In this document: piece by piece, positions 23,751 to 36,600 of the stretch | Position numbering within the stretch: position 1 is the first letter of the stretch | Layout: each line of letters begins with the position of its first letter | Made by a program: the position numbers and the translations under genes | Assembly (NCBI RefSeq): GCF_001194135.2 | Contig: NC_068997.1 | Location: 40,900,072 to 40,945,828, forward strand | Direction: 5' to 3' | DNA: 45,757 bases | Origin: Octopus bimaculoides | Taxonomy: Eukaryota | The notes under the pieces: model-generated | The model's input: the letters and a program-made list of their open reading frames with translations, nothing else | The model's database searches: none | Told to the model about the DNA's origin: nothing

Positions 23751-24300
23751 AGTATTATTTTTTTTTTTAGTAGCTTCGGTGTGTTTACGAAAGTCATTAA
23801 TGGATTAGTGGGGTGAGAGAGCTCATTGACCTTACTCCAAATTTAGTAACAAACCTGAAAGACTTGTTGATGTTTATCAAGAGGAAGACATCAACAAGTG
23901 GATGACCAACAATTGATAGTAAGATGAACGAAGTTATTTGGTGACTTAGTCATACAGAAACAATTATGGTTGTGGTATATATATATAAATATATATACAT
24001 ACATATATAAAGAGGAAGAAAATGGAATTGATGTGTGCGAGTAAGAAAAAATTTTTTTTAACTCTAAAGAATATTTAAACCAATTAATTCTATATAAGAA
24101 TGGTTGTTTAGCTAAACGTTGTTGTCAGATCTACATCAGCAGATGATTGACTCCAGATGTTTGCACGAACATACATACAAATATGCATGCATACATACGT
24201 ACGTACATAGATATATAAACACATATAGACATAAATACATGCATACATTCATGCATACGTATATATACATACAAATATAAAATATGTAACATATATTATG

Positions 24301-24368
<68 letters not shown>

Positions 24369-24443
24369 TGTATGTAAATGTGTATGTAGATACACACACA
24401 GAGATTCACACATTTATAAGAGTATGGTGTGTGCATAAGTATG

Positions 24444-24478
<35 letters not shown>

Positions 24479-24929
24479 TTATATATGCACACACACGCAC
24501 ACAAATACACACTCAGAAACACAACACACACACAAACATACAAAAACACAGAGACTCACACACATTTATAAGAGTATGTGTGTACGTGTGCATAAGTATA
24601 TATATATATACACACACACACAAATACACACTCACAAACACACACATACACACACACAAACATACACACACTCACAAACACACACGCATACACATAGGAA
24701 CACTTCGAGAAAATATGCACGAGTACAAAACTAAATGAGATAAAAACTAAGTTTAAAAAGTAACATGTCGACTTTTATCTCCAGCTTTGGAGTTTTTAAC
24801 ACCTGAATTATTATAGAACAGCATTAAAAATATTATAGTCTTCTTATATGTAACATCTACATATAAACATGCGTCACCTAATGTTCGATGAGGGCTCACT
24901 GTAGTCAGACAATGTTTCAAATACCATAA

Positions 24930-25138
24930 GGCGGCGAGTTGGGAGAAACGTTAGCACGCCGGGTGAAAGGCTTAGCGGTATTCCGTCTGTCTTTACGTTC
25001 TGAGTTCAATTTCCACCGAGGTCGACTTTGCCTTTCATCCTTTCGGGGGTTGATAAATTAAGTACCAGTTGCGTACTGGGGATGATCTGGTCCCTTTCCC
25101 AAAATTTTCGGGCCTTGTGCATAGAAAAGAAAAGAATA
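24930..25138 (+). mobile_element. SINE family B, full length with a perfect 15-bp TSD
   Basis: tttcaaataccataa at 24915-24929 and 25139-25153. Confidence 0.97.
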
Positions 25139-25440
25139 TTTCAAATACCATAATTTATTTTTGTTTTTTTTTATTTTTTAATCGAAACTGGTTAATAACA
25201 GCGTCGTTAGTTGTACGTTTCCAATGGCCAATCACTATTTTGCTATGATTCTGAAGACGAAAGCGGGAAGGGATTCTTCAGCCCGATGAAACAAACGCAA
25301 GGGGGCTTTATTTTATTTATTTATTTATTAGAATCTCTTGCATTCGAAGAAATCGAGTTTACATTTTTTTAAACCATTGTTTTCACCACTTACACATATA
25401 CGTGTCTGTGTGTGTGTGTGTGGCTAGCTAGCTAGCTAAC

Positions 25441-25500
<60 letters not shown>
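25441..25500. repeat. (GATA)n microsatellite
   Basis: Direct reading. Confidence 0.95.
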
Positions 25501-25501
<1 letters not shown>

Positions 25502-26532
25502 TTGTTAAATACAAACGTGTACTCAAAGTTCCCTCGATTTAAATGAAGCTGCGTAAATTCGTAAATAATTATACACGGCCAAACATCTCAGCTCATTCAC
25601 TCCTGCATCAATGTCATCTGTTACGCATTTACGCAACTTCGGCTAAGTCTTATATCTGTTTAAGATCGGATATGTATTTATGCTGTTTCTCAGCTACTTA
25701 GTGCATAATTTAATATTTAATTAAAATAGCTACCAGCATAGGTACTAACAATTTTATAAATTAAACTTCCAATTCGTAGATACTACCATATGTGGTGCGC
25801 TTACAGAGCCAATAGCTATGTGTTTCTTTGTAGCCAGAACGGGGATTGTACATGGCCTCTGAAGATGATTTCAATTAGAATCCAAATTCTAGTCACATCA
25901 CTTACATTTTTTCTGTCTGCAGAGATATAAGTATTTTTTTTTTTTCAAGCGGTGCTCAAGCATGGCCGCAGTCAAGTGACTGAAACATGTAAAAGAATAA
26001 AAGATTAAAAGAAAGATATATTTAAACGTGTCAGTATAATCATTCGCTCATTTATGCAGCTTTATATCCTTTGATATTTTAGTATAGTCGGGTCTTGTGC
26101 CTAGAGTAGGAAAAAAATATTTTAGTATAGCCATGTATTTTTTCCTCCACTTTGGTTGCTTACTGCGCGATTGTATACATAAACACACGCAAACATATAT
26201 ATGGACATCTACATATATGTTAACAGACACACACAGGCACATATACACATGCACACACACACAAACATATACATGCTCATATATATATACATATATATTT
26301 ATACACACAGATGCACACACACAAACATATACATGTACATATACATATCCATATAAATTAATACACAGATGCATACACACATAGACATATACATACACAT
26401 GTGCATATACATATGTATTAATACACACACATGCACAAACATATACATGCATATATACATATACATATATATATATTAATACACACACACACACACTCAT
26501 ACGTATAATCTGCAGCTGGTGATCATGCAAAC

Positions 26533-26700
26533 CAGTACAACCTGTTTCATGGATGAGCTGTCGGTGACTAAACCGTCAACGCCCTAATGTATGGAGGGTG
26601 GGAGACACACTGACGGAAGAAAAAAGTTGTTTTTTTTAAATCCACTTGCAGGGGCGGATGAGCTCAGCAAGGAATCAACAGTTTTCCAAATCTACAAATG
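26533..26700. mobile_element. Interspersed repeat related to 8711-8900 (probable RTE-type leader)
   Basis: Shared motif blocks as described for 8711-8900. Confidence 0.4.
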
Positions 26701-26961
26701 GAGTGGGGGCCCTTTATAGTCTTTGAGTCTAGCATCGCTGACATCTTTTGGAAGCCCCTGAACGTAGTTGTGTCTCTCTCCTGAACGTACTCATCTCCCT
26801 TTCTCTCTGACCCAATAAGACCCCAACGAGAGAAGCCGCTGAAGCAAATGTGACGATCTTTCAGCAAGATTTGAAACAAGTCCTTGCAAAATTTTTGTTT
26901 TATTTGTTATTTTTTAATTGTATTTTTCCACATTGCTACAAACGACAGACGCGGCATTTCA

Positions 26962-27360
26962 GCAGGAGTGGCTGTGTGCTAAGTAGCTTGATTACCAAGC
27001 ACGTGGTTTTGGGTTCAGTCCCACTGCGTGGCACCTTGGGCAAGTGTCTTCTACTATAGCCTCGGGCCGACCAAAGCCTTGTGAGGGGATTTGGTAGACG
27101 GAAACTGAAAGAATTCCGTCGTATATATATATATGTATATATATGTGTGTGTTTGTGTGTCTGTGTTTGTTCCCCCAACATCGCTTGATAACCGATGCTG
27201 GTGTGTTTACGTCCCCGTAACTTAGCGGTTCGGCAAAAGTGGCCGATAGAATAAGTACTAGGCTTACAAAGAATAAGTCCTGGGGTTGATTTGCTCGACT
27301 AAAGATGGTGCTCCAGCATTGCCGAAGTCAAATGACTGAAACAAGTAAAAAAGTGAAGAG
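26962..27360 (+). mobile_element. SINE family A, full length
   Basis: Collinear and highly similar to 15733-16135. Confidence 0.95.
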
Positions 27361-27689
27361 TATATATTGGACTTCCGCATAATTTCCACTTGTCAACTTC
27401 CACTCACAAGATATTGGTCAACTCGCAACTGGAGTAGACAGTTGATCTTAATGATACGCAATGGGTTCAAGACCAGAACTACATGGGTGTGAAATGAACT
27501 TCTTCAATGATGCGTCATTCCCCACCCTCATGTATTTCAAATCCGTTGGGTGATGGCATCTCTTAAAATGGTGTTACGTAATTATGGAATTGGTGTTTGT
27601 GAAAGCAACGAATTTGTTTACAAATACTACTTTGCTTTTGAAATGCGTATTAGAAAAGGTAATTAATTTGGATGACTAGGCAAAGAAGT

Positions 27690-28180
<491 letters not shown>

Positions 28181-28619
28181 ATGTAATGAAGTTAACAAGG
28201 CTAATGTTAAGTGGACCGCATACTACTGTCATCTGCTAACTATTACGTATGTAGTAATAATATTATGTTACCTAACTATTACATTTGTGAAATCATATCT
28301 ATTATCATGACTTATCTATTTTCTTCACATGAATGCTCTCATTACATTACATGTCTATTTTCGTCATATGTGTAAAAATATGCATGTGCGATACACCAAC
28401 GATAAAATATTTATCCAAGATTTTTTTTCCTTTTATTTTCTATCTACACCTGAATCTACCGGCCTAAGTGGTACGATCATTCAATATGATTAAAACATCA
28501 TGTGTTTTAATCGCGTGAAAAGTTTGTGAAGTACATGCTTGAATGATATATATATATATATATATACAGTTTTTAGTTATTCAGTGTCCTTGGCGTATAA
28601 GTGACCGCAATTACAACAC

Positions 28620-28800
28620 ACCCCAACCACCACCCACAAGCACACACACTGTAACCCCATCGCAGGGTTACACATTTAGAGCCGAGTCGATTGGAGCGAC
28701 CTGAAATGAAGTGCTTTGCTCAAGAATACAACGCCCCGCCTGGTCCAGGAATAGAAAGGATGATCTTGTGATTGTGAGTGCAACAACCTAACCACTAAAT
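28620..28800 (-). mobile_element. SINE family C-like, diverged
   Basis: gagtcgattggagcgacctgaaatgaagtgctttgctcaagaatacaacg is the reverse complement of the family C core. Confidence 0.65.
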
Positions 28801-30416
28801 TAAGCACCTTCACCAGTTACAACAATAACAAAAGTAGATGAAACTAAAATATAAAAACGATGTGAATTGAACGTGTTGTAGAAGTATTGTTACACAGTTG
28901 TTCTTGAATTGAAGTTCTTTCTGTGGAACACGTATTTTTGAGGAGGGAAAACGTTGCTCTTGTTATATTTAGTGAAATCGACATAAGTGACCAGTAAGAA
29001 TAGTGATACGGTAATAAGATGTTTCATTCAGCTAAAGTCTGTCTCGTACTGAAGCCATCTGAACGAGAGTAGAAAAGACCATATCCGGTATGGGGGAGAT
29101 TTATGCTTGAAGAAAGAACAATTTCACCTTGCTCCAGCTGAGTTTGTTGAGGTAGAAAAAGAAAGAGAAAAAGCTTATACAATAAGCGAAACAAACTTCT
29201 GCTTACATAGCCAGTACCCTGAAAAGGTGTTGTCTTATTATTGGTTCAATAAACCGGTACAAAAAGGTGAACAAACAAAATTCCTCTGGTTGCATAAGGG
29301 TTGCTATACGCGCGTGCTCTCATCACGGTCTCCATCTACGTATAGATTCGTTTGTTATTACTTGATAATCTTTTATAAAACCGAACAAGTACTATATTTC
29401 ATTCGAACCAACGAGAAATCACCTTCGTGGTCGATCGACCTGATAGAAACGGCAACTAAATCTCCCTCAAGTTACATCCTACCGTCTTGAAAATTGAGAG
29501 ATATATAGAATAATGTAGTCAAAGATATGCAATGACTAAGAGAAAATTGGGATAGTCATTGCTGGAACGCTTTGATCGTGGATCTATTTAGATATGGCTG
29601 AGCTGGAGGATAAACAACAACACCAACAACAGTAGTATGTTATTCTTTTTTATTCCACAGCAAAATGTTCCTAAACAATCAGTCAATCCTTTCTTTGGTT
29701 CCATTGTATAAAACATTCTGCGGTATAAACAAACCATACTTGCCATGGGATCGTTACTGGCATAACATAAAAACAAAAAAAAAACAAAAGCACTTTTGAT
29801 TTCTATTCTTATAGATTACAGCATTGACCACTGTACTGTAAAGCAGACATAATTTCATGTCTGGATGAATAATAGCACCAAATCCTTCCTATTTCCAACT
29901 GAACCAATTCAATTAATCTAGTGGTTTAGAGAAGGAAGTAATTTCTAGCCTTGTATCTATACGTTTATTCTGTCAGTACTGTATATTAGAGTTGAAGGAT
30001 AGTCACGTGATTGAAGACAATAGATTGCAGCTCATCTTACTGGTGACAGACACCGCGCAGGGAGCGGGCATTGAATTAGAAACATTTATTGTATTCACGG
30101 ACATATTCATACAGATGAGGGCGCTCGACTGTTTTGAACATCTTTTCACAGAAACATATAAAAGATATACTTCAGATATTGTTCTATACAGGCTAATAAT
30201 ACAACCTTCTGTTTAGACGTGCTATATCTTCAGGATTTTCTCATTAGCTTACCTGCTTCACACCCTCGGGCGAGGTATTTAGCGAGCCACTCATTGAAAA
30301 TAACGATATTAAACACATGTAAACTGGTGGATACATTTCAGACTTCTCGCCAGTTTATGTTTCTCTATATACTACTGAACACTCGTGAGTCGTCTGCACT
30401 GTGAGGAGGTATTATA

Positions 30417-30417
<1 letters not shown>

Positions 30418-30486
<69 letters not shown>

Positions 30487-30660
30487 ATATGCGTCTGTGT
30501 ATATGTGTTAGTGTGAATGTGCGTACAAGTGTATGTGCAATATACGTGTATGTATGCATGTATGTATGCATCCATGCATGCATGTATATATGCATCCATG
30601 CATGCATGTATATATGTATGTATGTGTGTATGTATGTACGTACGTATGTATGTAATCAGT
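30418..30660. repeat. (AC)n followed by TG/TATG/CATG microsatellite
   Basis: Direct reading. Confidence 0.95.
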
Positions 30661-31021
30661 GGCATATTCTGCATGAATTCAAAGAACGCAGTGCATGCCT
30701 GAATTATATAAATAAATGGAAATAAGAAAAATACCTTGTTTTCTTATTTTAATATAAATGTTTCATTTTTCTGAGAGACAATTCGAAAGAAGACAGAGAG
30801 ATGTCATGTGTTCATTGCTTCAATTACGGATTTTAAACAGCGCATGCCCTGGCTTAACTACTAGTAATAACCACTGGTATATATATATATATATATATAT
30901 ATACATACTTTATTTAAGCTTTTGTTATATTTCTGCTGCTTTTAAATAAAGCATATTACTCTACCTCTGGTATTTGAGTACCCTCTTTTCCACCTTGTTT
31001 CACATTTATGTGCTTACTCCG

Positions 31022-31031
31022 NNNNNNNNNN
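31022..31031. other. Assembly gap
   Basis: 10 N. Confidence 1.
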
Positions 31032-31038
31032 TATATAT

Positions 31039-31087
<49 letters not shown>

Positions 31088-31610
31088 TTTTGGCAGTAAA
31101 TGATAAGTAGGTTACAAGCTATAATTTTATAAAGGTAAAAATAGTTGAAGTTATGCGAGAAAAAATTACTAATTATATAATAAAATATAAAATATATGAA
31201 GTAAATGAACAACAGTATTATTCAAATATAAGAAATGTTTATTTGAGCGCTAAACCTAATCTCTCGTTCAGTTTAACAACCACCACCTGGCTTCTGGTTG
31301 CCGTTAGCGAAGTCCACGCTATTAACTATTATTCCGGCCAGGTCTTTGGTTCTGGATTGAGCCCAACATCTTGATATTCTGCTTCCTGATACAGCACCCA
31401 TCAGTTGAAATTATTCCACCCTGTCCCCTCACTGGAACCCATCTCAGTGACCCTGAGAAAGGTTATTGATGTTACTCTTCTTCTTTTACAAAGTAGTAAA
31501 TAAAAATAACCGTGGAAGGGCAATTTTAGCTAACTAAAAACACGCAGAAACTATAAAAATTCAACTCCCGTTTATTACATGAGGTATTAAAAAGTTTTCA
31601 TCGCATCTCT

Positions 31611-31853
31611 GGTAGCACAATTAGAAAGGACACACCAAATGCAGCGAAAAATGCTTTACAGTGGAATCCGGATGGATATAGAAAGAGGCGTAGGCCTAAG
31701 AACTCGTGGCGTAGATCAATACAAAAGGATCTAGAGAAAGGGGGACATTCATGGCAGAGTATAAGTACAGAAGCGAAAAATTATGCGACATGGAATTCAA
31801 TTATAAGTGGCCTATACTCTGCGTTGGAGGGTTAAAGGCAAGAAAGAAAGAAA
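31611..31853 (+). mobile_element. 5'-truncated RTE-clade LINE insertion
   Basis: Open frame 31611-31835 GSTIRKDTPNAAKNALQWNPDGYRKRRRPKNSWRRSIQKDLEKGGHSWQSISTEAKNYATWNSIISGLYSALEG* matches the RTE C-terminus (GHTLRK..ALTWNPQGKRKRGRPKNTWRR); (GAAA)n tail; 7-bp TSD catctct. Confidence 0.93.
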
Positions 31854-32852
31854 CATCTCTAAGACGTAGACAATTGCACAACACTTGAGAAAAAAATGAA
31901 TACGAAGTGATGTTAACAGTTTTTATTTTTGTGTGTGTTTTTAATACGGAGTAGACTTTGCAGGTTTTGTGGTTTTAGATGTACGTGCTTCAATTGCAAA
32001 CACATGATCTAGGATCGAATTACTTCTTAGTCAACAACAGCTCCAAAAATAACATAAGTATAAATATAAGGTACAGAGAAAAGCAAATTTAATACGAGAG
32101 AACGGGCCCAAATTAAGCTTTGCACTATGGGTTGTGTTTGTTATGATAGCAATATATTATGATACATGAATATCTTACCTTAATGCTAGGATTGAACATT
32201 CTGTCCCTTTCCTGTCATTCTAATATTCCCGGTCAGTGAAACGCGGTCTGTGAAAGCAACCATTCCAAGGGTGTAAACAAACTTAAGGTCATATTTACGA
32301 AACATTTCAAGGTGTAGCAAAGCATGTCTTCTGGTATTGGTGCTGTTTAACAGCAGGTCAGTTCCCATCGTGCAAAACTATAATTTAAATGCGCTCCAAC
32401 CTTGACGATTCTGTCCTGTTCCATGGTATGTTATCTAGAGAGCTATATAATCCAATATCCCCACCACCACCACCACCACCTTTTAAGATAGTATGATCTC
32501 GTTTGACTGAAATTTAGCTGATATTTCTAGGAAGCTGAATGACTACAAGGATACGCCTTTGGAAGGGCATTTGATATTTCTTCGGTCAGATGGATTTTAC
32601 GTTACCAGTCTGAGAATGTAAACCTGGCAAAGTTCCTTTGAATTTGTTCCAAAAAATTTCAAAATTCAACGATATCCTCACCCCATATTTTAAGTATAGC
32701 TGTGTGGTTAAGAAGTTTATTTCGCAACAAAGGGGTTTCGTTGAGAATGATTTTCTATAGACACGGGGAGACTAATGCCTTTTCAGTGAAATTTGATAGA
32801 CAGAAACTGTACGAAAACAAGTCGTACGTATTTATGAATGAATGTATGTCTT

Positions 32853-32884
<32 letters not shown>

Positions 32885-33121
32885 NNNNNNNNNNNNNNNN
32901 NNNNNNNNNNNNNNNNNNNNNNNNNNNNNNNNNNNNNNNNNNNNNNNNNNNNNNNNNNNNNNNNNNNNNNNNNNNNNNNNNNNNNNNNNNNNNNNNNNNN
33001 NNNNNNNNNNNNNNNNNNNNNNNNNNNNNNNNNNNNNNNNNNNNNNNNNNNNNNNNNNNNNNNNNNNNNNNNNNNNNNNNNNNNNNNNNNNNNNNNNNNN
33101 NNNNNNNNNNNNNNNNNNNNN
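32885..33121. other. Assembly gap
   Basis: N run flanked by (TA)n on both sides. Confidence 1.
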
Positions 33122-33153
<32 letters not shown>

Positions 33154-33829
33154 TATTTTACGTTAACACCGCTCGAAAAATGCGTTTATCTATGCTCTGT
33201 AACTTATAAGCCATTGCTTAGCTAATTCGATAAAATGATTTTGGTGATAGCAAAAGCCTATCAAAGCGGCTCGTCAACATGGCCGAATTCGAAAGACTGA
33301 AACAAAGACAGGGAACATATACCTACTTAGAGTCTATTTTTAGAAATTTAAACCGACAGGACGTTCGGTATCTTACTTGCAGTGCTTCAAATCAGGTGGT
33401 TTTGTAGGAAACTTCTAACCTAGTTATCATTATCCTTGTTCTTTAGCACAACTGAACAGTCTGTGACTGAATAGACATGATTAAAAACTTTTCATTTATG
33501 ACCATTTCGATATTCTTTTCAGACGGGACGCAACCATGACTACATTGTATAGTTATTCGATGGTACTGTGTTGATTTAGATATGGCCACATTGAAACTCC
33601 CGCGTTGACTTGTGGAAAAAGAAAAAAAGTGAAAACCGTACGCGCCTAGCTAGGTTTGAACGCAAAACTTGTTGCTTGGTAACTAACATAGGTTTCAAAA
33701 TTTTGGCACAAAGCCATCAATTCAGGGGGAAGGGGGAAGTCGATTATATGCCCCCCCCCCCCGTGCTCAGTTGGTGCTTATTTTATTGACTCCCGCGCAC
33801 ACACAAAAACACACACGCACACATATATT

Positions 33830-33955
33830 TATAAAATGGGCTTCTTTCAGTTTCCGTCTACCAAATCCACTCATAAGACTTTGGTCGGCCCAAAGCTAAA
33901 GTAGCAGTGGAACTGAACCCGAAATCATGTGGTTGAGAAGTAAACTTCTTACCAT
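33830..33955 (-). mobile_element. SINE family A head fragment
   Basis: cttctttcagtttccgtctaccaaatccactc...gaactgaacccgaaatcatgtggtt. Confidence 0.8.
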
Positions 33956-34081
33956 GCCTATTATATATGACATTTGTTATTCACAAATACCCAGAAAAAT
34001 GTTAAATGGTGGAATTTCTAGAAATGAGTAACTCGCTGTAACTTTTTCTTTTTTTCTTTCGTGTTGTTATTTCTTTTCTTA

Positions 34082-34500
34082 AGGCGGCGAACTGGCAGAG
34101 TCGTTAGCATGCCGGGGAAAATGCTTTGGGGTCTTTCGCCTGAAGCTACGTTCCAAGTTCAAATTCCACTGAGGTTTATTTTACTTTTCGGGGTCGCTAA
34201 ATTAAGTACCAGTGAAACACTGGAGTCGATGTAATCGACTTAAACCCTTCCCAAAAAATGTTGGGCCTTTGTGCCTTTATCAGAAAAAAAAAATATTATT
34301 ATTTCCTTTCTTGGCAGAATCGTTTTTAGAATGCCGGACAAAATGCTTAGAGGCATTTCGTCCGACTTTACGTTCTGAGTTCAAATTCCGCCGACTTTAC
34401 TTCTCAACTTTCGGAGTTGATAAAATAAGTACTGGTTGAGCACTGGGGTCGATTTATTGACTATCCCCCTTCCCAGATATTGTTGGCGTTTTTCCAAAAT
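34082..34500 (+). mobile_element. Two head-to-tail SINE family B copies
   Basis: Heads at about 34082 (ggcggcgaactggcagagtcg) and about 34310 (tggcagaatcgtt); each ends in the gtcgat...ccct/ccccc tail. Confidence 0.85.
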
Positions 34501-34719
34501 TTGAAACCAGTATTACTCGGCGCCCAGAAGACGGGTTGATGTAACGGAAATGACAGCGTATAGGCTCTCAAGAACAGTTGTGACAAATGTCCTTGATATT
34601 GAGGTATGCTCTGTTTTTTGTTTTTAAAAAAAAATACGTCACACTCGATGAAACAAATGTATGAGTCTGGGTCTTTGATGTTGCTTGTGAAATGCATTCG
34701 TTTTTAATAATCCTTTATA

Positions 34720-34910
34720 CTATTGGCCCAAGGCCGGAAATTTTATGGGTGAGGGTGCTAAACGATGATGTTGACCCCAGTGTTCAACTTGCACTTAGTT
34801 TATCGACACCAAACTCAACAGAGTTTGAACTCAGAGCTTACAGACAGAGAAAATGTTTTTAGACATTTTTGTCCGGCGTGCTAACGATTCTGCTGGCTCG
34901 CCGCCTTTAT
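34720..34910 (-). mobile_element. SINE family B
   Basis: ccggcgtgctaacgattctgctggctcgccgcctt is the reverse-complemented head. Confidence 0.8.
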
Positions 34911-35037
34911 ATTTCTAACGACCGTACAACAATGTCTCTCTCTCCGTTTACGAGGGTCAGTTGCAATATTTTATTCATAGACTAAGAAAGTGACTATTTT
35001 CCGTTTCTTCCGATTTGTCTTTGTGAGCTGTGAGACA

Positions 35038-35039
<2 letters not shown>

Positions 35040-35112
<73 letters not shown>

Positions 35113-35160
35113 ACACACATACACACACACACACACATACACACACACACACACACATAC
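35040..35160. repeat. (CA)n microsatellite
   Basis: Direct reading. Confidence 0.95.
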
Positions 35161-36444
35161 ATATCCTTTTACTCGTCAGTTTTTTTTTTGACACTGTGTG
35201 GGTGTCGAACTGAAACAAGTGATTGCGTCATTATCTTTATTGTATCACAAAGTGACGGTGTGTAGCGAGGAAGGCTGTGGAATAATACAGTATTTGTTCT
35301 CGCTTTCTTCTTAGAAACAAAATATATGTATACGTGTGTAGAGAGAGAAAAAACTGACAATTATCATTAGCACTAATTACGTTAGGTTTGACAGATATTT
35401 GCGTTAGATTTCACGTTGAATTTGTTTCTCTATGGAAAAAGACATAAGCATTTCATTAATCGAATAGAACCTAAAATGGTAATTCTTTGATGGAAGCGTG
35501 TAAGGATGACGGCCGTGTGTAATCATGTTGTTAGAACAACGGGTAGAACCTCTCGCTGAATTTGCTGCCGTTCTCTATTCTCTGAGTTCAAATCCCACCA
35601 GACTTAACTTTACTTTTTATCTTTATAAGATCAATAAAAAAATACCGATCAAGTCCTGAGATCTATTTTCTTCTCTTTATCTCTATCTATCTCTCGCACC
35701 TCTTTTTCTCCCTGCTTTGCATTTTCTATTTCATTTGGTGGTTGAACTACAGCACGGGAATCGCTACTTCAGTTTCATAGTTGCCGTTAGAAGCAATGAG
35801 TGTTTTGATTTAGCTAGAGACGGTGATAAAAAGAACAGATATTTTTCAGTCACATATCGTCACATAAACATCATTCTGAAAAGATGTGATGAGGATGTTG
35901 GAGTGATAGAATCACTACAATACGTGATAAAATACCTTGTAGTATTTAGTTATGCCTCTTTACGTTCTCAATTCGAAACACTCCAATGTTGATTTTGCCT
36001 CGGGTTTTATAAAACAAAGTAACTGTTTGGTATTAAATCCACATTCTTTCTCCAAAATGGGTGGCCCTTGTGCCAGTATAAGAAGCTATGATAACGTTAA
36101 GTCTTAGTCACAAGGGGACATTTTGTCATGAAATATGAGGTAGAGTACCAGACCTCTATCGCAGACAGATATTATCATAATGTGTTTATTGGAGTTGGCA
36201 GAATTATTAGAGTGGTGGCAAAAGCATTGTGGTATTTGTACTGACTCTCTATATTTTCAGTTCAAGTCCCACTGAGGTCAACTTTGCCTTTTCTTCTTTC
36301 GTGGCCGGCAAAATAGAGTACCTGTCATATACGGGGTTCGACGGTTAGGGTTAATGTCTTGTCTGCCTTGGGCTTAAATCAGAAATCAAAAGGCAGAAAA
36401 TTGGCAAAATTGTAAGAGCTTCAGAACAAGATGCATTGCAGTGG

Positions 36445-36600
36445 TGTGTGTATGTGTGTGTATGTGTGTGTATGTGTGTATGCGTGTGTGTGTGTTTGTG
36501 TGTGCGCGCGCGTCTGTATGTATATAGATAGATACATACATACATACATACATACATACATACATACATACATACATACATACATACATACATACACACA
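36445..36600. repeat. (TG)-(GATA)-(CATA)n compound microsatellite
   Basis: Direct reading. Confidence 0.95.

Noticed and set aside
25222-25236. Tandem CCAAT motifs (ccaatggccaatca) as a promoter
   Set aside because: No supporting TSS, CpG island or downstream exon; short motifs are expected by chance
27553-27658. Possible first exon MASLKMVLRNYGIGVCESNEFVYKYYFAFEMRIRK ending AAG|gtaatt
   Set aside because: Wedged between SINE fragments, unrecognised, and within chance expectation
29107-29490. 127-aa ORF, the longest without a microsatellite
   Set aside because: TTG start, its 3' third runs into an interspersed repeat, and there is no recognisable motif
35717-35992. 91-aa ORF
   Set aside because: TTG start, ends inside a SINE B fragment, no recognisable motif
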